From NCBI GenBank assembly GCA_016743945.1, contig JADGFI010000013.1, positions 31,739 to 95,738 on the forward strand: 64,000 bases of DNA, in the 5' to 3' direction. The notes under the pieces were generated by a model. It worked only from the letters and a program-made list of their open reading frames with translations. It had not been told where the DNA came from and made no database searches. The DNA is from Desulfobacteraceae bacterium. Its GTDB lineage: Bacteria; Desulfobacterota; Desulfobacteria; Desulfobacterales; Desulfobacteraceae. Below, in pieces: positions 29,547 through 37,952 of this stretch; position 1 is the stretch's first letter; each line of letters opens with the position of its first letter. Both the position numbers and the translations under genes were made by a program.

Positions 29547-32198
29547 ATGAGCGAACTGCTGAGAACCATATTTTTTGAAAAACACAAGGCACTTTCCGGA
29601 AACCTGGTCGAATTTGGCGGATGGGAAATGCCCATTCAGTACCCAGCCGGTATTATCAAAGAACATATGGACTGCCGACAACGAGCCGGTATCTTTGATG
29701 TATCCCACATGGGCCGACTTATTTTCAAAGGCCAGGATACCCTAGCCTTTTTACAGCATGTACTGACCAATAATGCCGCAGCCCTTGACCTCTTTGAAAG
29801 CCAGTATACCCTTATCCAAAATGAGGCAGGGGGCGCCATTGACGATGCCTATCTATATCGGTTTAAAAAAGATGAATATCTTCTGGTGGTCAATGCCTCC
29901 AACCGGGAAAAGGATCTGGCCCATTTCAAAAGCCTTCTGAAGAATTTCCCCCAGGTTGAGATGGTGGACCAAACCTTTGAAACCGCCATGATCTCCCTCC
30001 AGGGCCCGGCCTCAAAGGCCATTATTGAAAAACTCATCACCCGGGGAAATTTGCCGGAACCGGCCAGAAACCACCTGGCCACCGTCCACATCGGGTCTGC
30101 CCGGGTGGACCTGGCCCGCACCGGGTATACGGGAGAGCCCCTGGGATTTGAACTTTTTGTTGAAAACAGCCAGGCCCTTGGCATCTGGGATCTGCTTTTG
30201 AAAGAAGGGGCAGCGCCCATTGGTCTCGGGGCACGGGACACCCTTCGCCTGGAAGCGGCTTTGCCCTTGTATGGCCATGAATTGGGCTGCGACCATGAAA
30301 AAAAGGAAATCCCCCTCTTTGCCTCCAAGCTGTCAAAATTTGCCGTTTCCTTTTCAACCCTGAAAAAAGAATTTGTTGGAAGACAGGCCCTTCTAGCACA
30401 ATACCAGGCATTTAAAGCTATCGTGGACAGACAGTTTGACACGATAGCAGCCCTGCCCCGGATGGTTATGCCCATCGCTGTCACGGGCAAGGGCATTGCC
30501 AGGGAAGGATATCGAGTTTTTAAAAACGATTGCCATGTGGGGTATATCACCTCGGGCACCATGGTCCCTTTCCAGAAAGCTGCCGGCAGCGGGCTTGATT
30601 CAAAGTTTGAAGACCCCCCCAAGCGCAGGGCCGTGGCCCTGGCTCTTATTGACAGCAACCTGCTTGAAGGCGACATCCTGGAAATTGAAATCCGAAAAAA
30701 ACGATGTAGCGCAGTGGTGGTTCCCTATCACATGAGTTCCGAAGCCCCGCCCTTTGTCCGGGCTATTCCCCATGACCGGTTGGGACAAGAAAGCCCGATC
30801 CCGGCCCAAAGGGATATCCCCCGCCAGGCAAAAAACCTTGTGGGAAAGGCCCTATCCAACCACCATTGGCGGCAACAAGAATGCATCAACCTTATTCCTT
30901 CAGAGATGAGCCAGTCATGGCTCGCACGATTGCTGTCCATCAGTGATCCGGTCAACCGGTATGCCGAGCACAAGGAAATCAAGGCCTTTTCCGGAGAAAA
31001 TATATTCTACTACCAGGGAACCGCCTTTATCGAAGAGATTGAACATCGCTTGAACCACCAGTTTCAGACCTTTTTGGGATGTACTGCCGTTGAATCCCGG
31101 GTCATCTCCGGCCAGATGGCCAACACTGCATGTTTCAGCGCGTTGGTAGATTTTTTAAACCGGACCGACCGAAAAAGCGAGCAGAGAAGAATTGGCAAGA
31201 TCATGAACAACCATATCATTAAAGGGGGTCATCTAAGTGCCCAACCCATGGGGGCACTGCGGGACTTTGTGGCCAGAGATCCCAAGACCGAGAGACCGGC
31301 AGTGATCAATTTCCCGGTTCTAAAAGACAACCTCTATAAAATCGACATTGCGGCCTGTGAAGAGATCATCAAAACCCACCAGCCGGAGCTTGTGATCCTG
31401 GGCAAAAGTATGATCCTCCACAAGGAACCAGTGGCCCAAATCAGACAATTGGTAGACGCCTTTGCCCCTTCGTGTGTGATCTTGTATGATATGGCCCATG
31501 TACTGGGTCTCTATGGCCCCCATTTCCAGGAACCCCTCAAGGAAGGCGCCCACCTTGTAACCGGCTCCACCCACAAGACTTTTTTTGGTACCCAGCGGGG
31601 GGTGATTGCTTCCAATTTCACCCGGGAAGATCCTCGATATGAACTGTGGGAAGCCATTAAACGGCGAACCTTCCCCGGCAGTGTCAGCAACCATCACCTA
31701 GGCACCATGACCGGCCTCTTGTTTTCCTCTTATGAGATGAACCATTTTAAAGAAGATTACCAGCGACAGGTGATCCACAATGCCAAGGCCTTTGCGCTTG
31801 CCCTTAAGGATGAAGGCATGGATGTGGCAGGCGACCCTGATATTTCCTATACCGAAACCCACCAGGTCATCCTTAATGTGGGATATGGGCAAGGGGCTGT
31901 GATAGCCAGGGAGCTGGAAGCCAATAACATCATTGTAAATTACCAGGCAACGCCCGTGGAAGAAGGGTTTACCGCTTCCGGCGCCCTTCGCATGGGGGTT
32001 TCGGAAATGACACGGTTCGGCATGAAAGAAGCCGATTTCAAAGGGCTTGCAGCCCTCATGGCAGACCTGATCCACAAGCAAATTCCCGTAAAACAAGCGG
32101 TAATCGATTTCAGGAAAAACTTTGGGGAGATGCAGTATTGTTTTAAGCCTGAAGATTTGGACATGGTATCCACAGACCTATTTGACGGATTCCAATAA
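29547..32198 (+). CDS. gcvT: Fusion protein: glycine-cleavage T-protein (aminomethyltransferase) N-terminal half plus a divergent serine hydroxymethyltransferase-like PLP domain as the C-terminal half
   Basis: The N-terminus reads LRTIFFEKHKALSGNLVEFGGWEMPIQYPAGIIKEHMDCRQRAGIFDVSHMGRL...ARDTLRLEAALPLYGHEL. The C-terminal half has INLIPSEMS...NRYAEH...YYQG, GGHLS, DMAHVLGL and GSTHKTFFGTQRGVI (PLP lysine). GGAGG lies 6 nt upstream of ATG 29547. Confidence 0.85.
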   Translation: MSELLRTIFFEKHKALSGNLVEFGGWEMPIQYPAGIIKEHMDCRQRAGIFDVSHMGRLIFKGQDTLAFLQHVLTNNAAALDLFESQYTLIQNEAGGAIDDAYLYRFKKDEYLLVVNASNREKDLAHFKSLLKNFPQVEMVDQTFETAMISLQGPASKAIIEKLITRGNLPEPARNHLATVHIGSARVDLARTGYTGEPLGFELFVENSQALGIWDLLLKEGAAPIGLGARDTLRLEAALPLYGHELGCDHEKKEIPLFASKLSKFAVSFSTLKKEFVGRQALLAQYQAFKAIVDRQFDTIAALPRMVMPIAVTGKGIAREGYRVFKNDCHVGYITSGTMVPFQKAAGSGLDSKFEDPPKRRAVALALIDSNLLEGDILEIEIRKKRCSAVVVPYHMSSEAPPFVRAIPHDRLGQESPIPAQRDIPRQAKNLVGKALSNHHWRQQECINLIPSEMSQSWLARLLSISDPVNRYAEHKEIKAFSGENIFYYQGTAFIEEIEHRLNHQFQTFLGCTAVESRVISGQMANTACFSALVDFLNRTDRKSEQRRIGKIMNNHIIKGGHLSAQPMGALRDFVARDPKTERPAVINFPVLKDNLYKIDIAACEEIIKTHQPELVILGKSMILHKEPVAQIRQLVDAFAPSCVILYDMAHVLGLYGPHFQEPLKEGAHLVTGSTHKTFFGTQRGVIASNFTREDPRYELWEAIKRRTFPGSVSNHHLGTMTGLLFSSYEMNHFKEDYQRQVIHNAKAFALALKDEGMDVAGDPDISYTETHQVILNVGYGQGAVIARELEANNIIVNYQATPVEEGFTASGALRMGVSEMTRFGMKEADFKGLAALMADLIHKQIPVKQAVIDFRKNFGEMQYCFKPEDLDMVSTDLFDGFQ

Positions 32199-32301
32199 AT
32201 TACCCAGGGGAGCTGTTTTGTTGAAGAAAAAAAAATTTTCCATCCCACGGATTGTCGCCGGAAGAATCGCCTGGGTTGTCAATAAAATCAATTTTATAAA
32301 C

Positions 32302-34653
32302 ATGGCTGAAAGAATCGCCCTTTCCACTGCCGGAAAAGATCTGGCCGATCATTTTTCCAAGCTTCCGGAAAGCTGGACAAGGGCTGAAAAAATCAGCTCA
32401 CTTACCCTTGAGCTTACCCTGGCCCAGCTCAAAAACAAAGGGGAAAAACCGGACAGGCATGAAATAGCAGCCCTGATAAAAGAGATCCAAATCAGGTATA
32501 ACCGACGGATACACGTCACGGCAACCACCTCCCTCTCCCTTTTGTTTAACCAGATTTTTGAACAACAGAACAAAGAGATGCCCTTTACCTCCCTAGACGG
32601 CAGAGATCTTGCCCACATAAATAAACTTAAGGAATACAAAAAAAAAGGATTGGGGGTTGTTTATCTCATCAATCACTCCTCCCATCTGGATGAATTTCTT
32701 TTGATTATTTTATGGCAGCACTTACGCCTTGGGTTGCCGGTATTTGCGGCAGGCCAGAACATGATGGCCATAAAAAGCATTGCATCCATTCTAATGGCCG
32801 GGTCCTATGTTGTTCTGCGCCATGGGGCGAGCAGACACCAGATGTCGGCCCTGTATAACTATTGCCGCGCCATCAGTATGGCAGGAGAACAACAGGGCAT
32901 TTTTCTCGAAGCCTGGAGAGGGGGCGCAAGGACCCGGGACGGAAGCCTGAGATATCCCAAGAGATTGATCACCTTACAGGGGGCCATTGATATTGACACA
33001 GACGTTGTGATTCAACCCATTGCCTTGTCATTTACCGCGGTACCCGAAGACCTGCCCATGTGTTCACGGAAAAGCCCGGTCAGCTGGATCAGAGGGCTGG
33101 GAGTGCTCAAAACACTTTTAAGAATTCCCTTCAGCCCAAAAACCTTTTTATGGAAATCTGCAAAAAACCTCTACGGCCGTGCCTATATAACGGTGCCGGA
33201 ACCCTTTCTTCTCAGTGAACTAAAAGAACAACACAAACAGGACAAAAGCGGAATCCAATTAGACGAATTTGTGGCATTATCCGCCATACGAGAGATTGCC
33301 CGGTCAAAAAAAATAATGGCCAGCCAGCTCACGGCGTTGGGCCTGCTCAAGGCAAGAAAAAAGGGCCAAATGGATATGATCGAATCGGTTACCAATGAAA
33401 TGAATGCCATAAGAGACTACCATTTGCAGACATTTGGGGTGCCCCCGGACTTTGAAGATTTCATATTAAAAAATTGTGTAAAAAATATTGTTGCCGATGG
33501 CCTTGGCCTGCTTGTCAGAAGAAAGATCATTAAGCGCTGGCGAAAGGATAAAAACGGCTACCCCCTTGTCATTGATGAAGCAGGGCTCGCCTATTATGCA
33601 ACCCATGCCGACAGAAGGCTGTATTCTCCCACAGCGGATCAGAATATTGTGGTGGTGGGGGCCGGCAACTGGGGATTTGCCCTTGCGTCCCTCATCGGCA
33701 ATAGAATTTTAGATGATAAACGATACAACAATGCCAGTTTGACGATCTTTGACCCCTGTGTCGAAATTGCTGCGCAAATGGGTCGGGACCGAAACGGGAA
33801 AGGCCGATTTGCTGAAAAGCTTCTGCCCAAAAACATATTTGTCACCAGTGATTTTTCGAGCGCCTTCAGAAAAGCAAGTGATATTATCATTGCCTCAAAA
33901 CCATCTGACTTTAAAGAACAATTCAAAAAGATACTGGGCGTGTCGGAACAACCCTTTAAAGCCATGATCGCAACACGGGGATTTATACCGGATACACAGA
34001 CCATCCCCTACCTGACCGCCCGTGACCTGCTAAAGGAATCCAACAGAACAGATGTAACCCTGTACACCCTGACCAGCCCCTTTAATCCCGAGGATCTGGT
34101 TGAGACGCGAATGATAAAAGGAATCATCTCAGGGACGGATGACGGCACAGACCCATTGGCGGACCTGTTTGACACCCCTTTTGTGTCGCCCTTTATTTTG
34201 CAGGATCCCATCGGCGTCCAGACCGCCGATATCCTGGCCAGAATCTATGCCATATGGTTTAATTACTGCCACAGCGCAGGCCTTGTTTCCACCAGCACCC
34301 AAACAGGATATCTCGTTGCCCAGATTGCAGATGAAGCCTGCGCCCTTGCCATTAATTTAGGAGGTCGCAGCCAGACCTTTGAAGCAGGGAACATCCCCTG
34401 GACGGCAACCTTTACAGCCCTTTATCTTGAAGGTCTCTGGAAAGACTTTGGTCAAAGAGTGGGAAAGGGGGTTAAAAAAGGCCGGGCGCCTTATAAAATG
34501 TTTTCAAAAATTCAGAAACTATATGAAAATGACGGCATACACCTGCAGTCTCTTCTGGATATGGAATCTGCCTTAAATTGCGCCAGACAATATTCCCTTA
34601 AAATGCCGGTTCTGGAAGAAGCAGTTGAAACCTTCAGGAATGCAAAGAAATAG
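32302..34653 (+). CDS. Fusion protein: GPAT/PlsB-like acyltransferase N-terminal domain plus an NAD(P)H-dependent glycerol-3-phosphate dehydrogenase (GpsA)-like C-terminal domain
   Basis: HX4D motif (INHSSHLDEF) and a block-III-like EAWRGGARTRDG. The C-terminal part has VVVGAGNWGFALASLIG, a Rossmann fold and GpsA-like segments. An alternative TTG start near 32218 follows GGGGAG. Confidence 0.75.
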   Translation: MAERIALSTAGKDLADHFSKLPESWTRAEKISSLTLELTLAQLKNKGEKPDRHEIAALIKEIQIRYNRRIHVTATTSLSLLFNQIFEQQNKEMPFTSLDGRDLAHINKLKEYKKKGLGVVYLINHSSHLDEFLLIILWQHLRLGLPVFAAGQNMMAIKSIASILMAGSYVVLRHGASRHQMSALYNYCRAISMAGEQQGIFLEAWRGGARTRDGSLRYPKRLITLQGAIDIDTDVVIQPIALSFTAVPEDLPMCSRKSPVSWIRGLGVLKTLLRIPFSPKTFLWKSAKNLYGRAYITVPEPFLLSELKEQHKQDKSGIQLDEFVALSAIREIARSKKIMASQLTALGLLKARKKGQMDMIESVTNEMNAIRDYHLQTFGVPPDFEDFILKNCVKNIVADGLGLLVRRKIIKRWRKDKNGYPLVIDEAGLAYYATHADRRLYSPTADQNIVVVGAGNWGFALASLIGNRILDDKRYNNASLTIFDPCVEIAAQMGRDRNGKGRFAEKLLPKNIFVTSDFSSAFRKASDIIIASKPSDFKEQFKKILGVSEQPFKAMIATRGFIPDTQTIPYLTARDLLKESNRTDVTLYTLTSPFNPEDLVETRMIKGIISGTDDGTDPLADLFDTPFVSPFILQDPIGVQTADILARIYAIWFNYCHSAGLVSTSTQTGYLVAQIADEACALAINLGGRSQTFEAGNIPWTATFTALYLEGLWKDFGQRVGKGVKKGRAPYKMFSKIQKLYENDGIHLQSLLDMESALNCARQYSLKMPVLEEAVETFRNAKK

Positions 34654-34692
34654 CCCACCGACTTCCAGGAGAATTTCACCCGGGCCTTCTTT

Positions 34693-35280
34693 TTAAAAAG
34701 CATGGCAGACTTCCACAGCCAGGGCATAAATAATGTCCAGGGGCAAGTGCTGGGAAATGGTCTTATCAAACAATAGGGTTGCCTGGCTTTCAAACTCTTC
34801 ATCCCCCAACCACAGAAGTACGGCCACTGGAATCTGTGGGGTGACTTGGAAAGAGAAGGCCGCGTCTGCCATGGGAAGGGGTTTACCGCCAAGCCTTTTG
34901 CCAGCACCCAAAAAACCGGAAAGATCATTCCCAAACGCCTGGGCCACAAGCTGTGCGGGCAGGGTATGGGGGCCTCTGAAAAAGCCCATCCCACCCGGTA
35001 TATCCTTTTCAGATATCCACTGGCCGGACACAGGTATCTCTTTGGCTCCCATAAGGTAATGAAGCATAAACAAATACAAATAATCCCGGTAGGCCCCGGA
35101 TCCTTGCCCCCTTGATTTTATACGGCATTGTCGGGGCAGCACATCATAGGAGTTGCCCCAAATACTTACCCGATAGGAGCCTTTTTTTTCATCATACAAA
35201 GCCCCGGTTCTTTTTGTCACCTCCCCTGGATCACAGGATGAAAGGTCCTGGAAAAGTATTTTATCGATCAAATGCGTCAT
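34693..35280 (-). CDS. Conserved hypothetical protein, DUF3786-like
   Basis: MTHLIDKILFQDLSSCDPGEVTKRTGALYDEKKGSYRVSIWGNSYDV... resembles DUF3786 proteins of anaerobes as I remember them. GGAGG lies about 8 nt upstream of ATG 35280. Confidence 0.45.
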   Translation of the reverse strand: MTHLIDKILFQDLSSCDPGEVTKRTGALYDEKKGSYRVSIWGNSYDVLPRQCRIKSRGQGSGAYRDYLYLFMLHYLMGAKEIPVSGQWISEKDIPGGMGFFRGPHTLPAQLVAQAFGNDLSGFLGAGKRLGGKPLPMADAAFSFQVTPQIPVAVLLWLGDEEFESQATLLFDKTISQHLPLDIIYALAVEVCHAF

Positions 35281-35442
35281 ATTACCGCGCCTCCTTCCGC
35301 CTATATTCAACACAACAGGATCCACCCCTGTTTTTCGAGCAGGACAATGGTAAAAAATGAATCTAATTTATTCAAGAACAATTATCTTTCCCACCCAATT
35401 CCTTGACAATATTCCCCAAATAGCAATACAACCAACGGGAAG

Positions 35443-35466
35443 AATTGTGAATCACTGTTCACAATT
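35443..35466. promoter_or_regulatory. Perfect inverted repeat AATTGTGAA-TCACTG-TTCACAATT (Rex-like or CRP/FNR-like operator half-sites)
   Basis: 9-bp arms are exact reverse complements with a 6-bp spacer. The site lies 34 bp upstream of ATG 35500 and downstream of a TTGACA box at 35403. Confidence 0.45.
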
Positions 35467-35499
35467 GTATTAAAACATTTAAACGAAAGGGGTTTACGC

Positions 35500-36099
35500 A
35501 TGAAAAGTGTTATTGGCGGCTTGGTCGCAATTATCCTCGGGATTTTTTTTTCCACACTATTCTTCCCGGCATTTCTAAACTTTTTAGCGGGTATAATCCC
35601 CCTCTCTCTTATCATCGGCGGCGGTCTGATCCTTTATCTTAAACATGGGGAAGAGGCGACAGACACCTGGGACAAACGAAATGTTACACAGGGTCCTTCC
35701 GCGCCCCCCCAAACATCGCCGACAGCGACCAAACCCGTTGCGACCAAACCTGTTGTGACTGAACCTGTTGTGACTGAACCTGTTGCGACTGAACCTGTTG
35801 CGACTGAACCTGTTGCGACTGAACCTGTTGCGACTGAACCTGTTGAAACTGAGCCAATTGTGACCGAACCCGTTGTGACTGAACCCGTTGTGACTGAACC
35901 CGTTATGACTGAACCCGTTGGAAAGCCGGCAAACAAGCCCACTGAACCTGGTCCCCACTTATTTGGCAATACAGACTCACTTGTTTTTCACACGCCTGAT
36001 TGTCGATATTCAAAAAACAAACACTGTACCGCTGTTTTCAATACCAGGGAAAATGCGATCCAGGAAGGGTATAAACCATGCGGGGTATGTAAACCATAG
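35500..36099 (+). CDS. Membrane-anchored protein with a (T[EK]P[VI]x) x13 repeat linker and a C-terminal Ada-type Zn-binding-like domain
   Basis: Two N-terminal TM helices, then 13 pentapeptide repeats (TKPVA TKPVV TEPVV TEPVA...). The C-terminus reads FHTPDCRYSKNKHCTAVFNTRENAIQEGYKPCGVCKP. Confidence 0.7.
   Translation: MKSVIGGLVAIILGIFFSTLFFPAFLNFLAGIIPLSLIIGGGLILYLKHGEEATDTWDKRNVTQGPSAPPQTSPTATKPVATKPVVTEPVVTEPVATEPVATEPVATEPVATEPVETEPIVTEPVVTEPVVTEPVMTEPVGKPANKPTEPGPHLFGNTDSLVFHTPDCRYSKNKHCTAVFNTRENAIQEGYKPCGVCKP
35715..35920. repeat. 15-bp tandem repeat, about 13.7 copies (consensus ACTGAACCTGTTGCG), in frame within the CDS
   Basis: Read directly from the sequence. The central copies are identical and the outer copies diverge (aaa for gaa, ccc for cct). 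Confidence 0.95.
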
Positions 36100-36221
36100 C
36101 AACAATATTGATAGGGATACCAATGGGATATCCCCCCCTTCTTGTCCCGGTGAGTATCTCTAAATTTTGTGCTTTATTTTCATTGATTTTTTGAGGTTTG
36201 ACTGGTATTGCCTGTATCCTT

Positions 36222-37475
36222 ATGAAAATTTTTTTGGGCATATCATCCTTTCAAATGCTGGCCATGTTCAGGCGAGGCCTTTTTTACAGTTACCTGACCA
36301 TCTATTTGCGGCATTTTTTAGGTCTTTCAGTGACCACCACCACTTTGTTTGCCACCTTTCCCATGATTGTCAATGTGGTTTCCCAGCGCTATCTATGGGG
36401 CGTGCTTTCGGACAAGTACCAGAAACGACGATCCCTGATCGTCTGGGGAGAAATTTTGGCGGGACTGGGCACCATTCTCCTCTGGTATTGCCACAGGATC
36501 CCGTCGGGAAAAACCGAGGCAGGCTGGGTGGTAATCATCGGACTTTCCATCATTGAAATTTTCTGGTCCATGTCCAATATCGGTTGGAGTGCGCTGATCT
36601 CCGACATTTATGAACAAGGCAACCGAAGTGCGGTAATGGGGAAACTGGAAAGCCTGGGAGGGGTTGGCAGGGTAGTGGGCGTTCTTGCGGGAGGACTCCT
36701 ATACGACCGGATGGGAACGGCCTTTGCGGGATGGGGATTTTACCATGGCGTCCTGTTCTGGATATCTGGGATCATCATGTTTGTGTCCATTTTTCCCATG
36801 TTTTTGGTCCCCGAGGGCGGCATTGGCAAAATGCCCCCAAAAAAAACCCGAATAGCGGATCAGGACAATTTTGTTCCTCCTGCCTTTTTTGTCTTTATTG
36901 CCGCCATGACACTGATCCATTTTGGCAGAAACTCCGTGGCCGTTACCATGCCCCAATACCTATCCCTGCCCACAGGTCTTAACCTGTCCGCCATTACCCT
37001 GAGCCATGTGGTCAATATCCGGTCCCTGGGTATTATCGTCACGGGATTGTTCGTCGGCATCCTGTGTAAAAAATACGGAGAGCGGTACCTTTTGGCCCTC
37101 TCTTCTTTTGCCGCAGCCCTGTCCCTGTTCATCCTGGGAATCTCAACTTCCCTTTATTGGGTTTGCCTCAGCTCCTTTTTAATGGGAGTGTCCGATGTCA
37201 TTATCATTGCCGCCTCCTATGAGCTGGCGGCTGATTATATCCCGGCCGCCAAAAGGGGGAAGTTGTTTGCCGTCTTTAATGCCACTTTTTTCCTCAGCTG
37301 GGGCATGGCAGGAACCCTGATCTCAGGCCCCATCACCGACGGTCTCATCCGCCTTGGAAAACTGGAAACCTATGCCTATATGACATCCTTTAACGCCTCG
37401 GCCCTCATCACTCTGGCAGGCGTTGCGGCCTTGTTTGTCCTTTTTCATATTGAAAAAAAACCAAGAAAAAATTGA
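36222..37475 (+). CDS. MFS transporter
   Basis: About 12 TM helices, with an MFS loop motif (WGVLSDKYQKRR) after TM2. Confidence 0.8.
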   Translation: MKIFLGISSFQMLAMFRRGLFYSYLTIYLRHFLGLSVTTTTLFATFPMIVNVVSQRYLWGVLSDKYQKRRSLIVWGEILAGLGTILLWYCHRIPSGKTEAGWVVIIGLSIIEIFWSMSNIGWSALISDIYEQGNRSAVMGKLESLGGVGRVVGVLAGGLLYDRMGTAFAGWGFYHGVLFWISGIIMFVSIFPMFLVPEGGIGKMPPKKTRIADQDNFVPPAFFVFIAAMTLIHFGRNSVAVTMPQYLSLPTGLNLSAITLSHVVNIRSLGIIVTGLFVGILCKKYGERYLLALSSFAAALSLFILGISTSLYWVCLSSFLMGVSDVIIIAASYELAADYIPAAKRGKLFAVFNATFFLSWGMAGTLISGPITDGLIRLGKLETYAYMTSFNASALITLAGVAALFVLFHIEKKPRKN

Positions 37476-37496
37476 TGGCGTTACAAGTCTCCGCCA

Positions 37497-37952
37497 TTAT
37501 ACACTTTGTTTCCCCGTTATCCGGGTGATGACAACTTTTATCAGAGCTGTCTTTTCGAGGCTCTCCCTTGGGAACTCAAAACTTTTTTTGGAATACTGGG
37601 CCATGATCACGCCAAGACCCTGGGCCTTTTGTGTAATATCCTCCACAAAGACAGCGTTGCCTTCACCAATCACGCTTTTAAATGCCATTCCCCACTCGCA
37701 GGCGTCTTTGCTTTTCACAAGCTTCATCACTTCATCAAACTCAAAGCAGACCCGAGGATTTTTTTCAAGGAGGTCTATTTTCCGACCTTCCAGGGCAGAG
37801 TGAAAATAAATATAAGAACCATCGTAGCCAAAGCTCATGGGAATCACATAGGGTTTATCCTGATCCACCATGGCCAGCCGGCAGACCCGGGATTGTTTAA
37901 TAATCTGTTCAATTACGGCCATCTCTTTTATCTCTTTTTCTTTTCGCCTCAT
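37497..37952 (-). CDS. Pyridoxamine 5'-phosphate oxidase family FMN-binding protein (NimA-like)
   Basis: RRKEKEI...IIKQSRVCRLAMVDQDKPYVIPMSFGYDGSYIYFHSALEGRKIDLLEKNPRVCFE, typical of the split-barrel family. Confidence 0.8.
   Translation of the reverse strand: MRRKEKEIKEMAVIEQIIKQSRVCRLAMVDQDKPYVIPMSFGYDGSYIYFHSALEGRKIDLLEKNPRVCFEFDEVMKLVKSKDACEWGMAFKSVIGEGNAVFVEDITQKAQGLGVIMAQYSKKSFEFPRESLEKTALIKVVITRITGKQSV

Noticed and set aside
35584-35969. Minus-strand ORFs translating to NGFSH/NRFSR or TGSV repeats
   Set aside because: They are artefacts of reading the 15-bp tandem repeat on the opposite strand. The plus-strand frame has an SD-less but coherent TM anchor and a Cys domain.
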